DNA from: the human T2T-CHM13v2.0 reference genome, Homo sapiens
Strand: one strand, 5' to 3'
Length of the DNA stretch: 64,000 nt
Assembly (NCBI RefSeq): GCF_009914755.1
Contig: NC_060926.1
Shown: in pieces, positions 26,143-41,442 of the stretch
Layout of the letters: the number at the start of each line of letters is the position of its first letter
How positions within the stretch are numbered: the first letter of the stretch is position 1
Translations under genes and position numbers: made by a program
Notes under the pieces: model-generated
What the model was told of the DNA's origin: nothing
Seen by the model: the letters and a program-made list of their open reading frames with translations, nothing else
The model's database searches: none

Positions 26143-27510
26143 GGAAGCTGCTACCTTCCCAAGGACACTTGCTCCTCCTCGTCTTGCTCAGGCATCTCCT
26201 GGGCACCTTTCGGGGCAAGTCCTGCTGTCACTGCACAGCTCACCTTGTATATGTGGGGTGCTCTTCTCCTCTCCTGAGGAGTTATGGGTGATTAGGAAGC
26301 AAACGCGTCTCAGACTTGGAGATCAAATGAAGAGAGGCTGTGTAAGCACCAGGATGCATGGGGGGTTCCGGCTTCTTCGCAGTTTCACCTGGTTTAACCC
26401 AAAGGCAAGCAACAGGGATGCCCAGGGCGGGTGAGAGGTGCTGAGCGGAGCTCCATAGTTGGAGAATGTAAGTATTTAAAAATTCTTGTGTCTATTTTAC
26501 TATTAAATAGACTGTATAACCTCAAAACCAGTTAAGAATCTTTGACATTCATGGTGTGAAGGATGAGAAGCTGGGAAATAACAAGGACCTTTTCCTCGTG
26601 TTTCCTCCTTAATTATGCTTGCCAGTGTTTTAAGCATCGAGGCTGACCTTCGCAGGCTTCAGGGTTTCAGCTTGATCACCATGTGGATGTGGATGAGTCA
26701 GTTCACTCCATAATAGCTCTTAGAGGTGTAGAAAGGAACTACTTCTTTCCATGAGTGCACCTTTATTGCCCTATCTTATAGAAATAGTAGATGCTCATCG
26801 TAAAGACTTACAACAGGATTGAAATTGGTAAAGAGAAAAAGGCAATCCCCTACCCCCGTCCCTCAGAGATAGCTGCTGTTGTCAGATCAGTTGGATATTC
26901 TTGAAGACAGCTTCCTTCACGGGTGTTTATATGTCGTCTCTGTCAGTCAGTTACATGGTGAACAGACAGCGGCTCAGGTTACAGACGATCTGTAGCCCAG
27001 TGTTTGTGCTCAGTATATTACACTTGATCTGTCGTGGAACTTTTTTCAAGAACAGACAGCTTTTGTTCTGGACACAGTATTTGGTGGGGCCTAGGTCTGC
27101 CTGTAAGCATACATATTGGCAGAGCAGTGTCTCTTCCACATCTGAGCTGGTCAGGCAGAGGGCCGGGCGCAGTGGGGGCACTTTGCTGGGTGAAAGAGGT
27201 AAGAGGTAAGTCAGCAGGGGCACAAAGAAACCATGCGTATTCACAGGAGCATCTGAGCTCCAAGCCCAGGGAGCTGAGAGGGGTCACTGTCCTTCACAAG
27301 GAGGTGGCTTCTTTTCTGGACATCAGACAGCATTGTTGCAGGAGATACTGAATAACCAACCCCTCTGTGATGTAGTCTTCAAGTTTTATTCCCTTGGGTG
27401 CACCAGCGGAAGGTCTGTGCTGAGAACAGAGGAGGGCCGAGGAGACACTTGCATGGGGTTGTCGACAGAGGGGCACCAGGATGGGTATTGCCCAGAGGGA
27501 ACCTGCATGA

Positions 27511-27843
<333 letters not shown>

Positions 27844-28250
27844 TGACCCTTACCCTGAGCATCAGTGACAGGGGAACCAAGAGTCGTGTGAGGTCCCAGG
27901 GTGCACAGTGGACATTTCAGTGTGAAGGGCGGGTCGGGTGCCCCAGCTTCCACGCTTTCCAGCCTGGATTGTGGCATCTTGGATGTGAGGCCACAGACCA
28001 AGCTCACAGGGATGAGAGATGGTCCGTGTGGGTCAGCCGGCTCAACAGACCTTCTCCCAGGAGGCTGATTAGATTTGCTGAGCATTACAACCTGATGGGC
28101 AGGATTTGTTTTAATCATGTAACACAATCACAAAATTAGTAGTGGCACCATGCTATCGCTGCCCCTTTCCCATGCATGTGCTGCAGACTTATCTGTGGGG
28201 GAAAAATTATCCATGCCACCTCTCAGAATGAGCCCCGTCCCCACCTTATA

Positions 28251-28468
28251 CGAGACCATCCCAGCCAACACAGTGAAACCCCGTCTCTACTAAAAATACA
28301 GAAATTAGCTGGGTGTGGTGGCACACGTCTGTAATCCTAGCTACTCGGGAGGCTGAGGCTGGAGAATCTCTTGAACCAGGGAGTCAGAGGTTGCAGTGAA
28401 CCAAGATGGCACCACTGCACTCCAGCCTGGCGACAGAGCCTGGAGACTCGATCTCAAAAAAAAAAAGA
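28251..28468 (+). mobile_element. 5'-truncated Alu
   Basis: Starts at cgagaccatcc and runs through the right arm to poly-A. Confidence 0.9.
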
Positions 28469-28669
28469 GAAGTATCCTAACTTTTGTTTCATTCGATTTG
28501 CCATTAAGTCCGGTTATTTTAGCTGAACCTTCCCCTTAGGTCAGTGCCAGCCCATTAACCTGAGAGAAGCTGGGACAGCCCCAGGCACCAGCCAGCTTTA
28601 GGTCTGCGTGGAAAGGGTGTTCTTACTAAGAGCAGATTCTGGGAGGTGAGAGCTGGAAGAACCGGAGGC

Positions 28670-28770
28670 AGCCCTCCCATTTCACAGATGAAGAGATTAA
28701 GGCCCCAAGAGGCTAAGTGACTCGCAGAAAAGCTGCCCAGGCGTTCCATGTAGAGCATGGATTTGAACCA
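28670..28770 (-). mobile_element. MIR fragment
   Basis: cccatttcacagatgaagagattaaggc...ggatttgaacca. Confidence 0.65.
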
Positions 28771-29450
28771 GCATTGCCGCATCGGGATGGGGAGGTGCTG
28801 GTTTGCTTGTTAGCTGTGTTGGGTGTACATGTTGTTCGTCTTCATGTGAGGTTGTTAGAAGTAGTTTAGCCACATTAAGTGCCCAGTGCCCCCACTTCCC
28901 CCTGCAATCCCCGATGAAGCAATGCTTCTCTGTGAGTGACATGGCAGGGGGGACCAATACCTAGTGGACTGTCTGTGTCTGTCACCCCTGTGCCTGGGAG
29001 GGGTGACCCTTGGCTTCACAGACTGTGCTCCCTTCACCTTGCCCCACGGACCCTCCCCCAACCAATTTCTTAGTCTGCTCTTGTGGCGAAAATTCAGCAA
29101 CAGTAAGGAGTGAGTTAATTCTGATTGCTCTTTCTGTGGTAATCTTCTGGATTTATTTGTGTCTATTATTGAGCCATCCCTTATTATAAACATTAATTTC
29201 ACCATGAATTAAACAGTATGACTGACTGAGTTTATAATTCTTTCTGGAATGAAAACTGTCAGGCCCAATTATATCCAGCCCAGGACTGACAGAAACTCAG
29301 CATATGAATTGTAAATATCTTGTCTCCTGCGTTCTTTATTTTAACCAGGGAAAATGTTCTCGTGTCTATCAACTTGTCTTAACTTCAGCAAATACAGTGG
29401 CTCTTGCATACTACCAGCATCTAAGCTGCAGTCGAAATTATCTTTTAATA

Positions 29451-29842
29451 CAGCAGTCTCCAAGCTTTTTTGGCACCAGTGACTGGTTTTGTGGAAGACA
29501 GTTTTTCCAGGGACCCAGGGGTCGAGGGAGGGGGGATGGTTTGGGATGAAACTGTTCCAGCTCAGATCATCAGGCATTAGATTCTCATAAAGAGCACACA
29601 TCCTAGATCCCTCACAGGTGTGGTTCACAGTGGAGCTTGCACTCCTGTGAGACTCTAATGCCGCCGCTGATATGACAGGAGGCGGGGCTCAGGAGGTGGT
29701 GTGAGCTTATGGGGAGCAGCTGTAAATACAGATGAAGCTTCGCTTTGCTTGCTCACACGCTGCTCACCTCCAGCTGTGTGGCCCTGTTCCCAGCCAGCCA
29801 CGGATGAGTACCAGTCCACGTCCCTGCGGTTGGGGACCCCTG
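29451..29842. mobile_element. MER1-family hAT-Charlie DNA transposon with perfect 8-bp TSD
   Basis: Termini cagcagtctccaag / gttggggacccctg; TTTTAATA at 29443-29450 and 29843-29850. Confidence 0.85.
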
Positions 29843-31953
29843 TTTTAATATACATCTCCACCCAAACTGCAGTAAGACAAATAGCTGTCTACTCTTACAT
29901 CTCATGAAAAAAAAATGGCTGTGAATTTAACCTACGGATTTTGTTTTTTCTTGCAGTTTCTGACTTGTACCTTTTCATAAAATATCCCTATTCAACATTT
30001 TCACTTTCAAGGACTCAGCAGTTTCATTTTAGGTGTTAAAATGTTTTAAAGCATTCTCGAGATCTGTTCAAAATTCTACGTCTTATATGAAATGTAGGAT
30101 TCTGGCTTTGGTCTAAGGTGACAATGTTCTACCGCTTCTTAGGGGTGCCAGGAACCCCTGGCGGGAGGCCGTGTCTCCCTAGTGTGACAGCTGGCGTTCT
30201 GGTGGTGGCGCTCAGTGTGTTCCTACAGTCATTTTCTCAGGTTCTTGTTATTGTAGCAGCTTGATGGTTGCATAATTATTCATCATACCTATCACAATTT
30301 TTAAATTTTTATTGCTCTTCCCACTTTAGATAGAAGCTCAGTTACTCAGAGGCTCAACAATAAATTGAACATGTAGTCAGCATGTGAAAACCCCAGGGTG
30401 GGTTTTTAGCAAGCTCCTGAAGGCAGGTGTCTGGAGATTAGAGAGGAGAGGAGCACAGGGGAGCCCCGTGCCCATACCTGTGGCTGGTTGGTGGTGTAGG
30501 CAGGAGATGGTGGCCTGGACCACCACGGGCATCAGACATCCCCCCCCCCCACCCCACCTAGGCTCGCACAGGAGGGACGGGGAGGCAGGAGGGAAAGAAC
30601 TGGTCGGGCAGGACGTCCCTACATGCCCCCTCCCTTCCCCTCCAGCTTTTCTCCTACTTTGGTGGGGTGTTACTGCTGGGGCATGGGAACAGCGGATGAG
30701 CTGGGTCAGGGGGATGGGGGTCTAGGGCTTGGGGAGACCTCCTGTAGATACAGGCAGTGTCTTTGGTTGCGTTGTCTTGCTACAGAGAGCCTGATGTATT
30801 TGTAAGAAGACTAAGAAGGTTTTGGATGATGGTGATCAGGTGCTTGTTCCCTTTAGCAGGGGAAATTGGGGCTGACTTTATAACATTGGAGCTCACTATA
30901 TACTAGAAGTTGAATTGTACTTTTTTCCCCTGGAGTTCTGTGACTCCTTTGAATTCTCACGGGTTAAATGGGATCCTGGATACTCCCTCCCTCTTTGTAA
31001 AACCCCTGGAGCATTTTGTGGCTGAAATTTACTTCTTAGAGCCATGAAATGCCCTCCAAAAAGTGAAGCACCACATCCAAATTGCATTCCATGCCCAAAG
31101 TGGTTAACATCCCTCAGAGATGCAAACTCAGAAGCATTTTTGGTTTTGAGAGCCACAGTGCTTTACCCATAGGATGGGCAGGCCATTCCTTCTGCTGACT
31201 GCGTCAGCAGTCCGGGCTCCAGGAGAACCAGCATTCGCAGTGGGGGTGTCTGCACTCTCTACCAAGCTGTCCAGGTTCAGGAATTAAAGATGGAAGTGAG
31301 AGCCTGTGAAACAAGGAAGCTATGAGGTGTGGGGCTTTGCCAGAAGTGCCAGGGAGGCTGTAAAATGTGTTTTGGAGGCAACCTCAGGCTGGTTCTTCTG
31401 GGGACCTCGGTGTTGGGGGAACGGCCTGTTTCTGTAGCTTGGGATGAACTTCTTCCCTGCATCTGTGAACAAGCTTGTACTCAGCCTGTAGGTTAACAAG
31501 CTGGGGCCAGAAGGCTGTACTGCACTGGACCCAAAACCTGCCCTAGGAAGATGCTTGCAACAAAACTTGTTATCACCTTGGTTTATAACAGTGAGATGGA
31601 AACGGGATGGAATTGGGGCATGGGTTTCAGGACTATGAAGTTATTATTTATGCATTAAATATTCCGAAGCAGCCTCAGCTAATGGAACACAGTTCTTCTG
31701 AAGGAAATGCGGAAGATAATCCCAGCAGTGCAGGAGAGCTGTGCTCCACTCCTCAAGGCTGTAGGTGGGCCTCTGTTTTCACATTTTAAGAAGGAAAGGG
31801 CAATTTTCTTCCTTGCCGTTTTGACTTTCAAATCCTCACGCCCTCTGCTTTGATTCTCTCAGACGTGAATCCTTTAAGCAGTGCTTTACACACCCACGAC
31901 AAGGGCGTTCTTGGGGAACACCGTGATTCTGGAGGGGTATTATGAGGCACTCA

Positions 31954-32269
<316 letters not shown>

Positions 32270-32270
<1 letters not shown>

Positions 32271-32617
32271 GTCTCTCTCTCTCTCTCTCTGTGTATATAT
32301 AGTATATATTATATATGTATATATTGTATACTCTACATAGTATATATTTATAATATATGTATATAATGTATAATATATGTATATATTATGTATTACACAT
32401 GCTAGCATATTTGTAATATATATATTATGTATTATGTATATATTATATATGTATATATTATATATGCTATAATATAGTTATATGTATATATTATATATGC
32501 TATAATATAGTTATATGTATATATTATATACTCTATAATATAGTTATATGTACATATTATATATTATGTATATATGATATGCTCTATTTAGTGTATATTT
32601 TATATATTTATATATAT
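32270..32617. repeat. (CT)n followed by long (TA)-rich low-complexity tract with ~33-bp tandem units
   Basis: tatatgtatatattatatatgctataatatagt repeated 2-3 times. Confidence 0.85.
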
Positions 32618-34319
32618 GGGGGGGTGGAAATCACTATCCTCTAAGAAGTTACAAACCTGCAAATCCTCTAGAGCCCATTTGGGCCGGCAAACTTTTGCCT
32701 TGGGATTTCCTTAGAGGAGAAGAGAGAGGACCCAGTCAAATGCTGACGTTGTTGTGACAGATTCTAAGTCGCCTCAGGGCTCAGGGGAAAGAGCCTTGGA
32801 ATTGCAGGCAGTGGCGTGGATGTACCTGCAGGGGTGGGCATGGTGGCATCTTGGTGGCCAGGTGTTCGTCACCCTGCACTGAGAGGGCCTGGTGAATGGC
32901 AAGGTCAGGGGATGCTGTCCGGACATGTCAGGATGGGAAACTGTCTTGTCTGTGGATCTTTGAGGCTGCTGAAAAGGATCTTTGAGCCTGAACTTCCAGG
33001 GAAGCCTGAAACCAATCTGGTATCCCCAGGGTTTATGTTTTATTTCATTTATTATAGGGATTCAAGGATTTCCAAATAAGAAATTAAATCCTACCATTGA
33101 AACTGTGCTGGTGAACTTCTGCTAAGTCCTACATTTGAAAGTCATCAGCGGATTATGTCTGATCCAGTTTGCAGCGGGCTCTTTTCCGGCTGCGTTGAAA
33201 TGGATTTCTTTATTCTATTTAAGACTCCACTTCCTTCCTCGGCACAGAACTGACAGGCTGTGGCAGCCACAGCCTCCTCCGATGCTCCTCTCCTCTGTGG
33301 ATGTACCATCTTTCTTCCATTGTTGTTTTGTTTTATATTTGGGGGCTTTACGGCTGCTTTAAACTAAAAATAAATGCTCCTCCCCTTTTCTGTGCTAAAA
33401 ATAATAGTTAAAATCCTTGTGACGTTTAAGGTTTTCAAAGAAAATTCCCAATTTCTGAGATAATATGTTGTTTTTAAAATGTCACCTGCAATTTCAGGTT
33501 CCTTTTTTTAGCCTTGTGTATAATTTCACGAGTTTTGTCTGGAATGCGTATTTGTGGTTCCTGGAGCCAAACAGAATTGGGGGCTGGGCTGGGGGTGAAC
33601 GTGACACGGGAGACCATCAAGTCATTCTAATATTGGCTGCATGCTGTGCTTCTAGTTGATAATTTGGAGGAGAAAATTAGAGTCCATAGCTCTGCTGGGG
33701 AATGAGCCCACCTGCCAGACGATGGCTGTCTTAATGAAGATGAGGTCCTGGCTCCCTTGTCTAATGAAGAATGTGGGGGAGCCTTTAGCAGAAGGCTCTG
33801 AAATCCCGAGGAAGGACGCAGTGGAGGCACCACTGGACAGGAGCTGCCTTCCCTGGTCCTTGCAGCCAGGCTCCTGCAGCCTGGGAAGGTGGGGCTTCCT
33901 CATCTCAGGTCCAGAATCCTCTGAAAGTTCTCTTCCTTGACCATAGTCCTTGGGCCCTGTTCCCTTGTTGGTGTTGTTTGCTGAGGTAGAATGCTAAGAT
34001 AGGCCAACTGGAGTCATTTCCAGGATTACTTCCCATTCTAGAATTTTTGGTATATGTTGGTAGTCATATCACATGGATGACTTTTTTCATACACGTTTAT
34101 GTGCTGTAGGTTGAACCCCACTGTGAAATTGCCACTATTCAACCATATTTGACCATATTTGTGCCTCCAGCACAGCAGCGAGTACAAGTAGCACATGTGC
34201 CTGTCTCCAAGCAGGAACATCTCCTCCTGGCTGTGGTCAGATTGATCTGGCAATTTTATGTGGTTTGATGGAATATAAATTGACCTGGGATGAAAACTGA
34301 CTCCAGTAAAGCCTTCTAG

Positions 34320-34779
<460 letters not shown>

Positions 34780-35056
34780 TGAGTTCAGGTAGCATGTGTG
34801 CCTGTCTCTGAGCGGGAGCATCCTCCCCCGGCTGTGGCACCTGGGCAACGGGACATCAATTCCTGCTCTTTAATCCTACCCCCAAAGGTAATAGGAGAGC
34901 TTCCTCTGTGGGTAGTTGGGCCCTTTCCCAGGCATCCTGCCACCTCCTTGGCAGCATCTCCTTGGAACCTTACAGAAGCCTTAGGAAAGAATTGCTCCCC
35001 TCTTCTCCCCTCCCCCTCCTTCCCCTCCCCCGCTTCCCTCCCCTCCCCCGCCCATC

Positions 35057-35431
35057 CTCCAGGCTGGAGTGCAGCCTTCCCTCCCTCGCTCTATCCCCCA
35101 GGCTGGAGTGCGGTGGCACAATCTCGGCTTACCACAACCTCCGCCTCCTGGGTCAAGCAATTCTCCTGCCTTAGCCTCCAAGTACCTGGGATTACAGGCA
35201 CCTGCCACCATGCCCGGCTAATTTTTGTATTTTTAGTAGAGATGGAGTTTTGCCATGTTGACGAGGCTAGTCTGGAACTCCTGACCTCAGGTGATCCACC
35301 TGCAGGCTAATCTCAAACTCCTGACCTCAGGTGATCTGCCTGCAGGCTAGTCTTGAACTCCTGATCTCAGGTGATCCACGCCCCTTGGCCTCCAAGTACT
35401 GGGATTACAGGCGTGAGCCACCTCGCGCCCG
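35057..35431 (-). mobile_element. Rearranged Alu with internal 40-bp triplication; tail replaced by C-rich tract
   Basis: Units at 35264-35303, 35304-35343 and 35344-~35380; ccaggctggagtgc also duplicated (~35058 and ~35098). Confidence 0.9.
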
Positions 35432-35824
35432 ACCAGAAATGCTTCTATTTTATGGTGAGGAAATTGAGAGACCAGAAAGTTAACCGAGGTCACTGTCAAA
35501 CCCATGGCTCCTGGCTCCCTGACCCCTCACACCCATTTCCCTCTGCGTCCTCTTGATCTCCCATGGACACTGGGATGGACAGGGCCAGGTGGGAGAAGCA
35601 GGGCTCATCTCTGAGGGCTGCGTTATGGGGTAGGAGTTTAGCCTCAGTAACTGCAGCACTTTCTGCTCATGGCAACCTGTGCTGTTTTCACATTTCTCAG
35701 AAATTCCCGCTCTTGGAGTTTTACACTTGTAACATCTGCTTAGCAAATTTTGAAAAATTGAAGATGAAGAGTAATAAAGTGTGGACAAAGCTCTGCAGGG
35801 AGCTTGTTAGAAATGCTGATTTGA

Positions 35825-36177
<353 letters not shown>

Positions 36178-36371
36178 CTAAGCGTCCCAGGTTAGTCTAG
36201 GGCGAGCAGGCTCTGAGCAACACAGCAGATAATGAGGGAGGGATTTAGAATCTGGCATTGCCAAGGAGGTCAAGGGGGACTTTCCCAAGTGTCCCGCTGT
36301 GTCCAGAGGCAGCAGCAGGGAGAACCTGTCCTGAAGGGCTGCAGTGGTCGGCGAGCCCGGCACCTGTCTAG

Positions 36372-36730
<359 letters not shown>

Positions 36731-37601
36731 CAGACACTTCTGAGAACGAGCTACATCCTCTGTGCCACTGGATTCTGGCTGGTCCAGGAACACAGGTGTG
36801 CACACATCCGGATGTGCATCCACACACTCATGCGCATATGCCCAGCTGTGTTTCCCTGAAGCATATTTATCCTTCCAGTGTTCCTGCACCTTGGAAGGAA
36901 GCAGGACAGCTGGCCTGGACCCTGCCCCACCCTTCCTCGACCCCACCTACTGAGTGATGAACAATTCCACGCCAGCACAGTGTCCAGCCCACAGATAGGT
37001 CCCTGTAGTGGAGTAGGAGGAAGGACTATTTTGGTATGCATGGCTTTCGCGAATGTTTTGTTAATTTTCGTTTAGCTTTGTATGAGGCAGCATTCCATTT
37101 TGACTGGGCGGTAACAGAGTTGATGAAAGTTTTTAAAATAAATACTTTTTAATGGGAGATGAAGAGTTTTGGCCAATTGAGTCAAGCATTTATTTTATTA
37201 CTCTTATTGCCACAAACACAAATATGTTCCATTCAAGTGAGGATGTATTTGCAAGTAAAAAGATGCTTCACATTGTTCCAATGTTTATATAATCATGCAT
37301 CTTTGTTTAATGGAGCACTGCTTAATTTATAATGAATATTTTATATTGTTAGAAAGTTAATCTTATGGTGGTATGTGTTGAAAAATCAGCAGTGCATTGA
37401 TGAATAGAGCTCATTTTAATTCACAGTTTACCCTCTTTGTTTTACTATTAAAGTTCATTTTTAAAACTTCACGATTTAATTTCTTATGTGCCAAATGGAA
37501 TAAACCTTAAAAGGTGCCAGAAGGTAACAATGAAAGGAAAATCATCTCATCACCCTTGACTTCAGCCATCTAGTTCCTAACCCTAAATCAGCACCTGTTA
37601 A

Positions 37602-37970
<369 letters not shown>

Positions 37971-38972
37971 AAGCGTATACATATTTTGCACCCCTCACCC
38001 CCGATACACTTTTTAGAAATGCATTTGTGAGGATCCTATCCATCTCTGTATCGCACCTGGCTGTCATCACTTGATAGTAGCCTGGGGACTTGGGGAATCC
38101 CCACTGCAGTATGTTGAGCTTCAGTTACTGGTTTTACTATTCCATGATGTGGCTATATCCACAGTTACTTAACCAGGGTGTGGTTTGTTACAGTGCAGCA
38201 ACAGAGTGACGTTCTGAGAAGCCAGACACTATTGGGGCCTGCATTTTGGAGTCATCATCATTGACCTTTCAGTTTTCCCTGGACCATTAGGGTCACTTTG
38301 CAGATCCTCTAAGGCCACATTCCCATTTTTCTGCAAGAGTAGTCGATAACAGAAAGAAGTGTTTTCCAAATTAATTGGTAATGCTGTTCACTGATGGTAT
38401 TAAGACACAATTAGTTACCACTGACTGAGTGCTTGCTGGGTGTCAGGCCCACGCTAGTGCGTTCCTCGCATCATCTGTCCACGGGTAATGTTTGTCTGCA
38501 GCATGTTGGGGTGGTGTTTGGGTGCACAATTATGCAAAATTTTGCGCCCCCGATATTTAGCTCCCAATGTGTCCGTGTCAGTGGGAGGAGAGTAGAGGGG
38601 CAGTGACTGGAAGTCTTTGCGGGCAGTGCAGGGAGAAGTCCGCCTCCCAGGCATCTTCTTCCTCAGGGCTCTTGGGCTTTCCTCCTGAGCTCCTGCAGAT
38701 GGGCCTCTGCCGGTCTGCTCTGCCAGCTGGACAGGCATGTTGTGCCCCGAAAGTCTCTGCCCTCTAGAGATCACTCAGATCTCCTGATCTACCCAGCTGT
38801 CCTTTCCTGGAGCAGGGAGTGTTCCTCTGACGGGATGTCTCACTCGGCATCGGGAGACCCTTGACGCTGTCATTGCAGGGCCCGTGGCATCTGGTTTGCT
38901 GCACAGTTGCCCTCCCCATGACCCCCCCCCCCCCCCCGCCCAGAACACACTGGGCAGATGTGCCCCCCACTC

Positions 38973-39390
38973 TGTGACCTGGTGGGTTGTGCTCCCCCGG
39001 CGTGTGACCTGGTGGGACGTGCTCCCCAGCGTGTGACATGGTGGGTTGTGCTCCCCCGGCGTGTGACTTGGTGGGACGTGCTCCCCAGCATGTGACATGG
39101 TGGGTTGTGCTCCCCCAGGGTGTGAGATGGTAGGACGTGCTCCCCAGTGTGTGACATGGTGGGATGTGCTCCCTCCCCAGCGTGTGACCTGGTGGGACAT
39201 GCTCCTCATTTGTGTGACCTGATGGGTTATGCTCCCCCAGTGTGTGACATGGTAGGACATGCTCCCCAGCATGTGACCTGGTGAGATGCACTCCCCAGCC
39301 TGTGACCTGGTGGGTTGTGCTTCCCAATCATGTGACCTGGTGGGACGTGCTCCCCATCGTGTGACCTGGTGGGTTGTGCTCCCCAGGGTG
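38973..39390. repeat. Minisatellite, 14 units of mostly 29-30 bp (TGTGACMTGGTGGG[TTGT/ACGT]GCTCCCC...)
   Basis: Unit starts at 38973, 39003, 39032, 39062, 39091, 39121, 39150, 39183, 39213, 39243, 39272, 39301, 39331, 39360. Confidence 0.95.
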
Positions 39391-40570
39391 TGCCTGGCCT
39401 CCTTCAGATGCTGGTTTTGCCCTCCTGTGTCACACCCATGGTGTGGTTAGCCCCTTGGCTTCCAGCCCTGCATCCATGCGGTCCTCATATCACACAGTTC
39501 TGTGAAGGTGATGGTGTTTCTTAACTTTTAGGCATCTTATGAATCAGGTCACTTCTTAGACATAATGTAGAGTGAGTAAGTTTCAGCATTGGAGGACAAT
39601 ATATTGGAAGTAAATCCCATGTGGAAAGAGCTATTTTTCTATCAGTGGGATGCACCTCCTCCCTCTGGTCCAGCCCACTCGTCATGTGTTGCCCGAGCTG
39701 CCATGTGATCACCAGGACAAATGATGACTACTATCATGGGGTCTCATTTATGATAAGAAATGGCATGTGGTGGGTGTGGAAAACTGGGTTGCAGGTAAAG
39801 CCATGGTCGTTTGGGTCATCTGTATCAGGTGGGTGCACTGTGCACAGGCAGTCAGGGGAGGCGGGGGAGAGTGCACCTGCAGAGGGCTGGGCTCTGTAGA
39901 CCACCCCATGGAGCTTAGGAGTCCTCCATCTTTCTGACATAGTCTAAACCATCCTGGCTGGGTCTTCAGTGTTTAATATCTTTGTGAGGGTCAAAACTCT
40001 AGCACCAGATCTTTCTTCTGAGCTGTAACCTGTTACTTACAAACACTGAAGTGTTAACTTACACTGTGAGCATTCAAATCTTCAAATTCAATCATACTTT
40101 TTGCTGTGTGTGTGGGATTTCAGAAAAATGACTATTGTAGTAGACAAGCAAAAGACCAAATGTGGACCGACAGGCTATAACAGAATCACTCCTCGGAAAG
40201 CTAGGTGTGTCCTCAAATATCTCCACACTTGCCAACAGGCACAGTCAGGAGGGTCTGAAGATACACGCTCCACTGAAGGGCTGTGGCTTTAGCAGGGGAA
40301 AAATGGAAAGTTCGATTTTCAGTAACTTTTGAAGTCATTGGATAGAGCATGTGTTACCGACCACAGACTTGGACCTGGAACTCCCCACTGGCATCTAGCT
40401 GAGTGTCGTGAACTGGGACAAACTGATCTTTCTGGGGTGAGAGTGACACAGGGAGGCTTGTCTGCACCATCTTCAGTGACCTTCGGATGTGAAAATGGCC
40501 CATTGGAGGCATTTTGACTTGGCCTTTACGTGAGTTATGGTGTCTGACTTTGTGTCCTCCTCTTTTTCAG

Positions 40571-40629
40571 ATGCCTTCGTGAACAGCCAGGAATGGACGC
40601 TGAGTCGATCTGTCCCGGAGCTCAAAGTG
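40571..40629 (+). CDS. AGAP1: AGAP1 coding exon (canonical exon 2): (D)AFVNSQEWTLSRSVPELKV
   Basis: Acceptor tcctcctctttttcag|AT, donor GTG|gtgagt; 59 nt; peptide matches AGAP1 as recalled (AGAP3 has DSF, AGAP2 AVI at this point). Confidence 0.97.
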
Positions 40630-40923
40630 GTGAGTGGTTCCCTCTGGCCCTGGCACCTGTGGGAAGGGAGGGGCTCTGTGCACACCCAAGCCTGCATTCC
40701 CAGGCAACTGGTCATCGCCTGGGGCCCAGAGTGGAAGTGTGACTCTGGGTGTGTTCCTGGGAAGGGCCAGGTATAGTTGATAGCTTGGGACTAGAGTCCA
40801 AGTTCCTGAGTGCCCCTGGGACAGCTATGACAGCCATGACTGCCACTCAGCCAGGGCGGTGTCTCATGTGCAGGGCAGAGGCCATCATCATCCTCTCTCT
40901 CACATCTCGTGGGTGTGTGTGTG

Positions 40924-41038
40924 TCCACACACACACACCCCCATGGGTTGATTTGTCCTTTGCAGGATGTCACGGAAGGCTCCACACACACACACCCCCA
41001 TGGATTGATTTGTTCTTTGCAGGATGTCACGGAAGGCT
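40924..41038. repeat. Two-copy ~57-bp tandem duplication
   Basis: tccacacacacac...catggRttgatttgtYctttgcaggatgtcacggaaggct twice. Confidence 0.9.
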
Positions 41039-41307
41039 TCTGTCATGAGTCACCAAGCTTTGGTATCCATCATTTTTGAAATGTGACTATTTACCCTGTG
41101 ACCAAGTATTGGCATGAAATTAAAATTTTTGTCTTTTACGAACCTTACCCTTTCGGTGAAATTATGTAGAGCTTCAAATTGGCACGTGTAAAAAGTGGTC
41201 CATCGCAGCCACCCTTTCCAGCCGCTCCCCTCTACCGTAGGATGGAAGGAAGGGGCAAGTCTAACTTTGAAACAACCAGGTTCTTTGTCGTGAAATATGT
41301 GGCATTT

Positions 41308-41442
41308 GTGTGTATGGTTATGTATCTGTGTATGTATGTATATATGTGTATATATGTCTAATTTCCGTGTGTATGTTTATATTTATGTAGGTATCTATGT
41401 ATGTATGTATATATGTCTAATTTCTGTATGTGTGTGTATGTA
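41308..41442. repeat. (TATG/TGTA)n low-complexity tract
   Basis: Read directly. Confidence 0.75.

Noticed and set aside
38764-39327. Repetitive 95-187-aa ORFs and CRISPR-like periodicity
   Set aside because: Translations of a minisatellite; units are contiguous with no unique spacers, and the DNA is eukaryotic
40537-40776. 79-aa ORF with an in-frame ATG 34 nt upstream of exon 2
   Set aside because: The ATG lies in the branch/polypyrimidine region of a strong acceptor with no promoter features; the ORF is exon 2 plus intronic flanks
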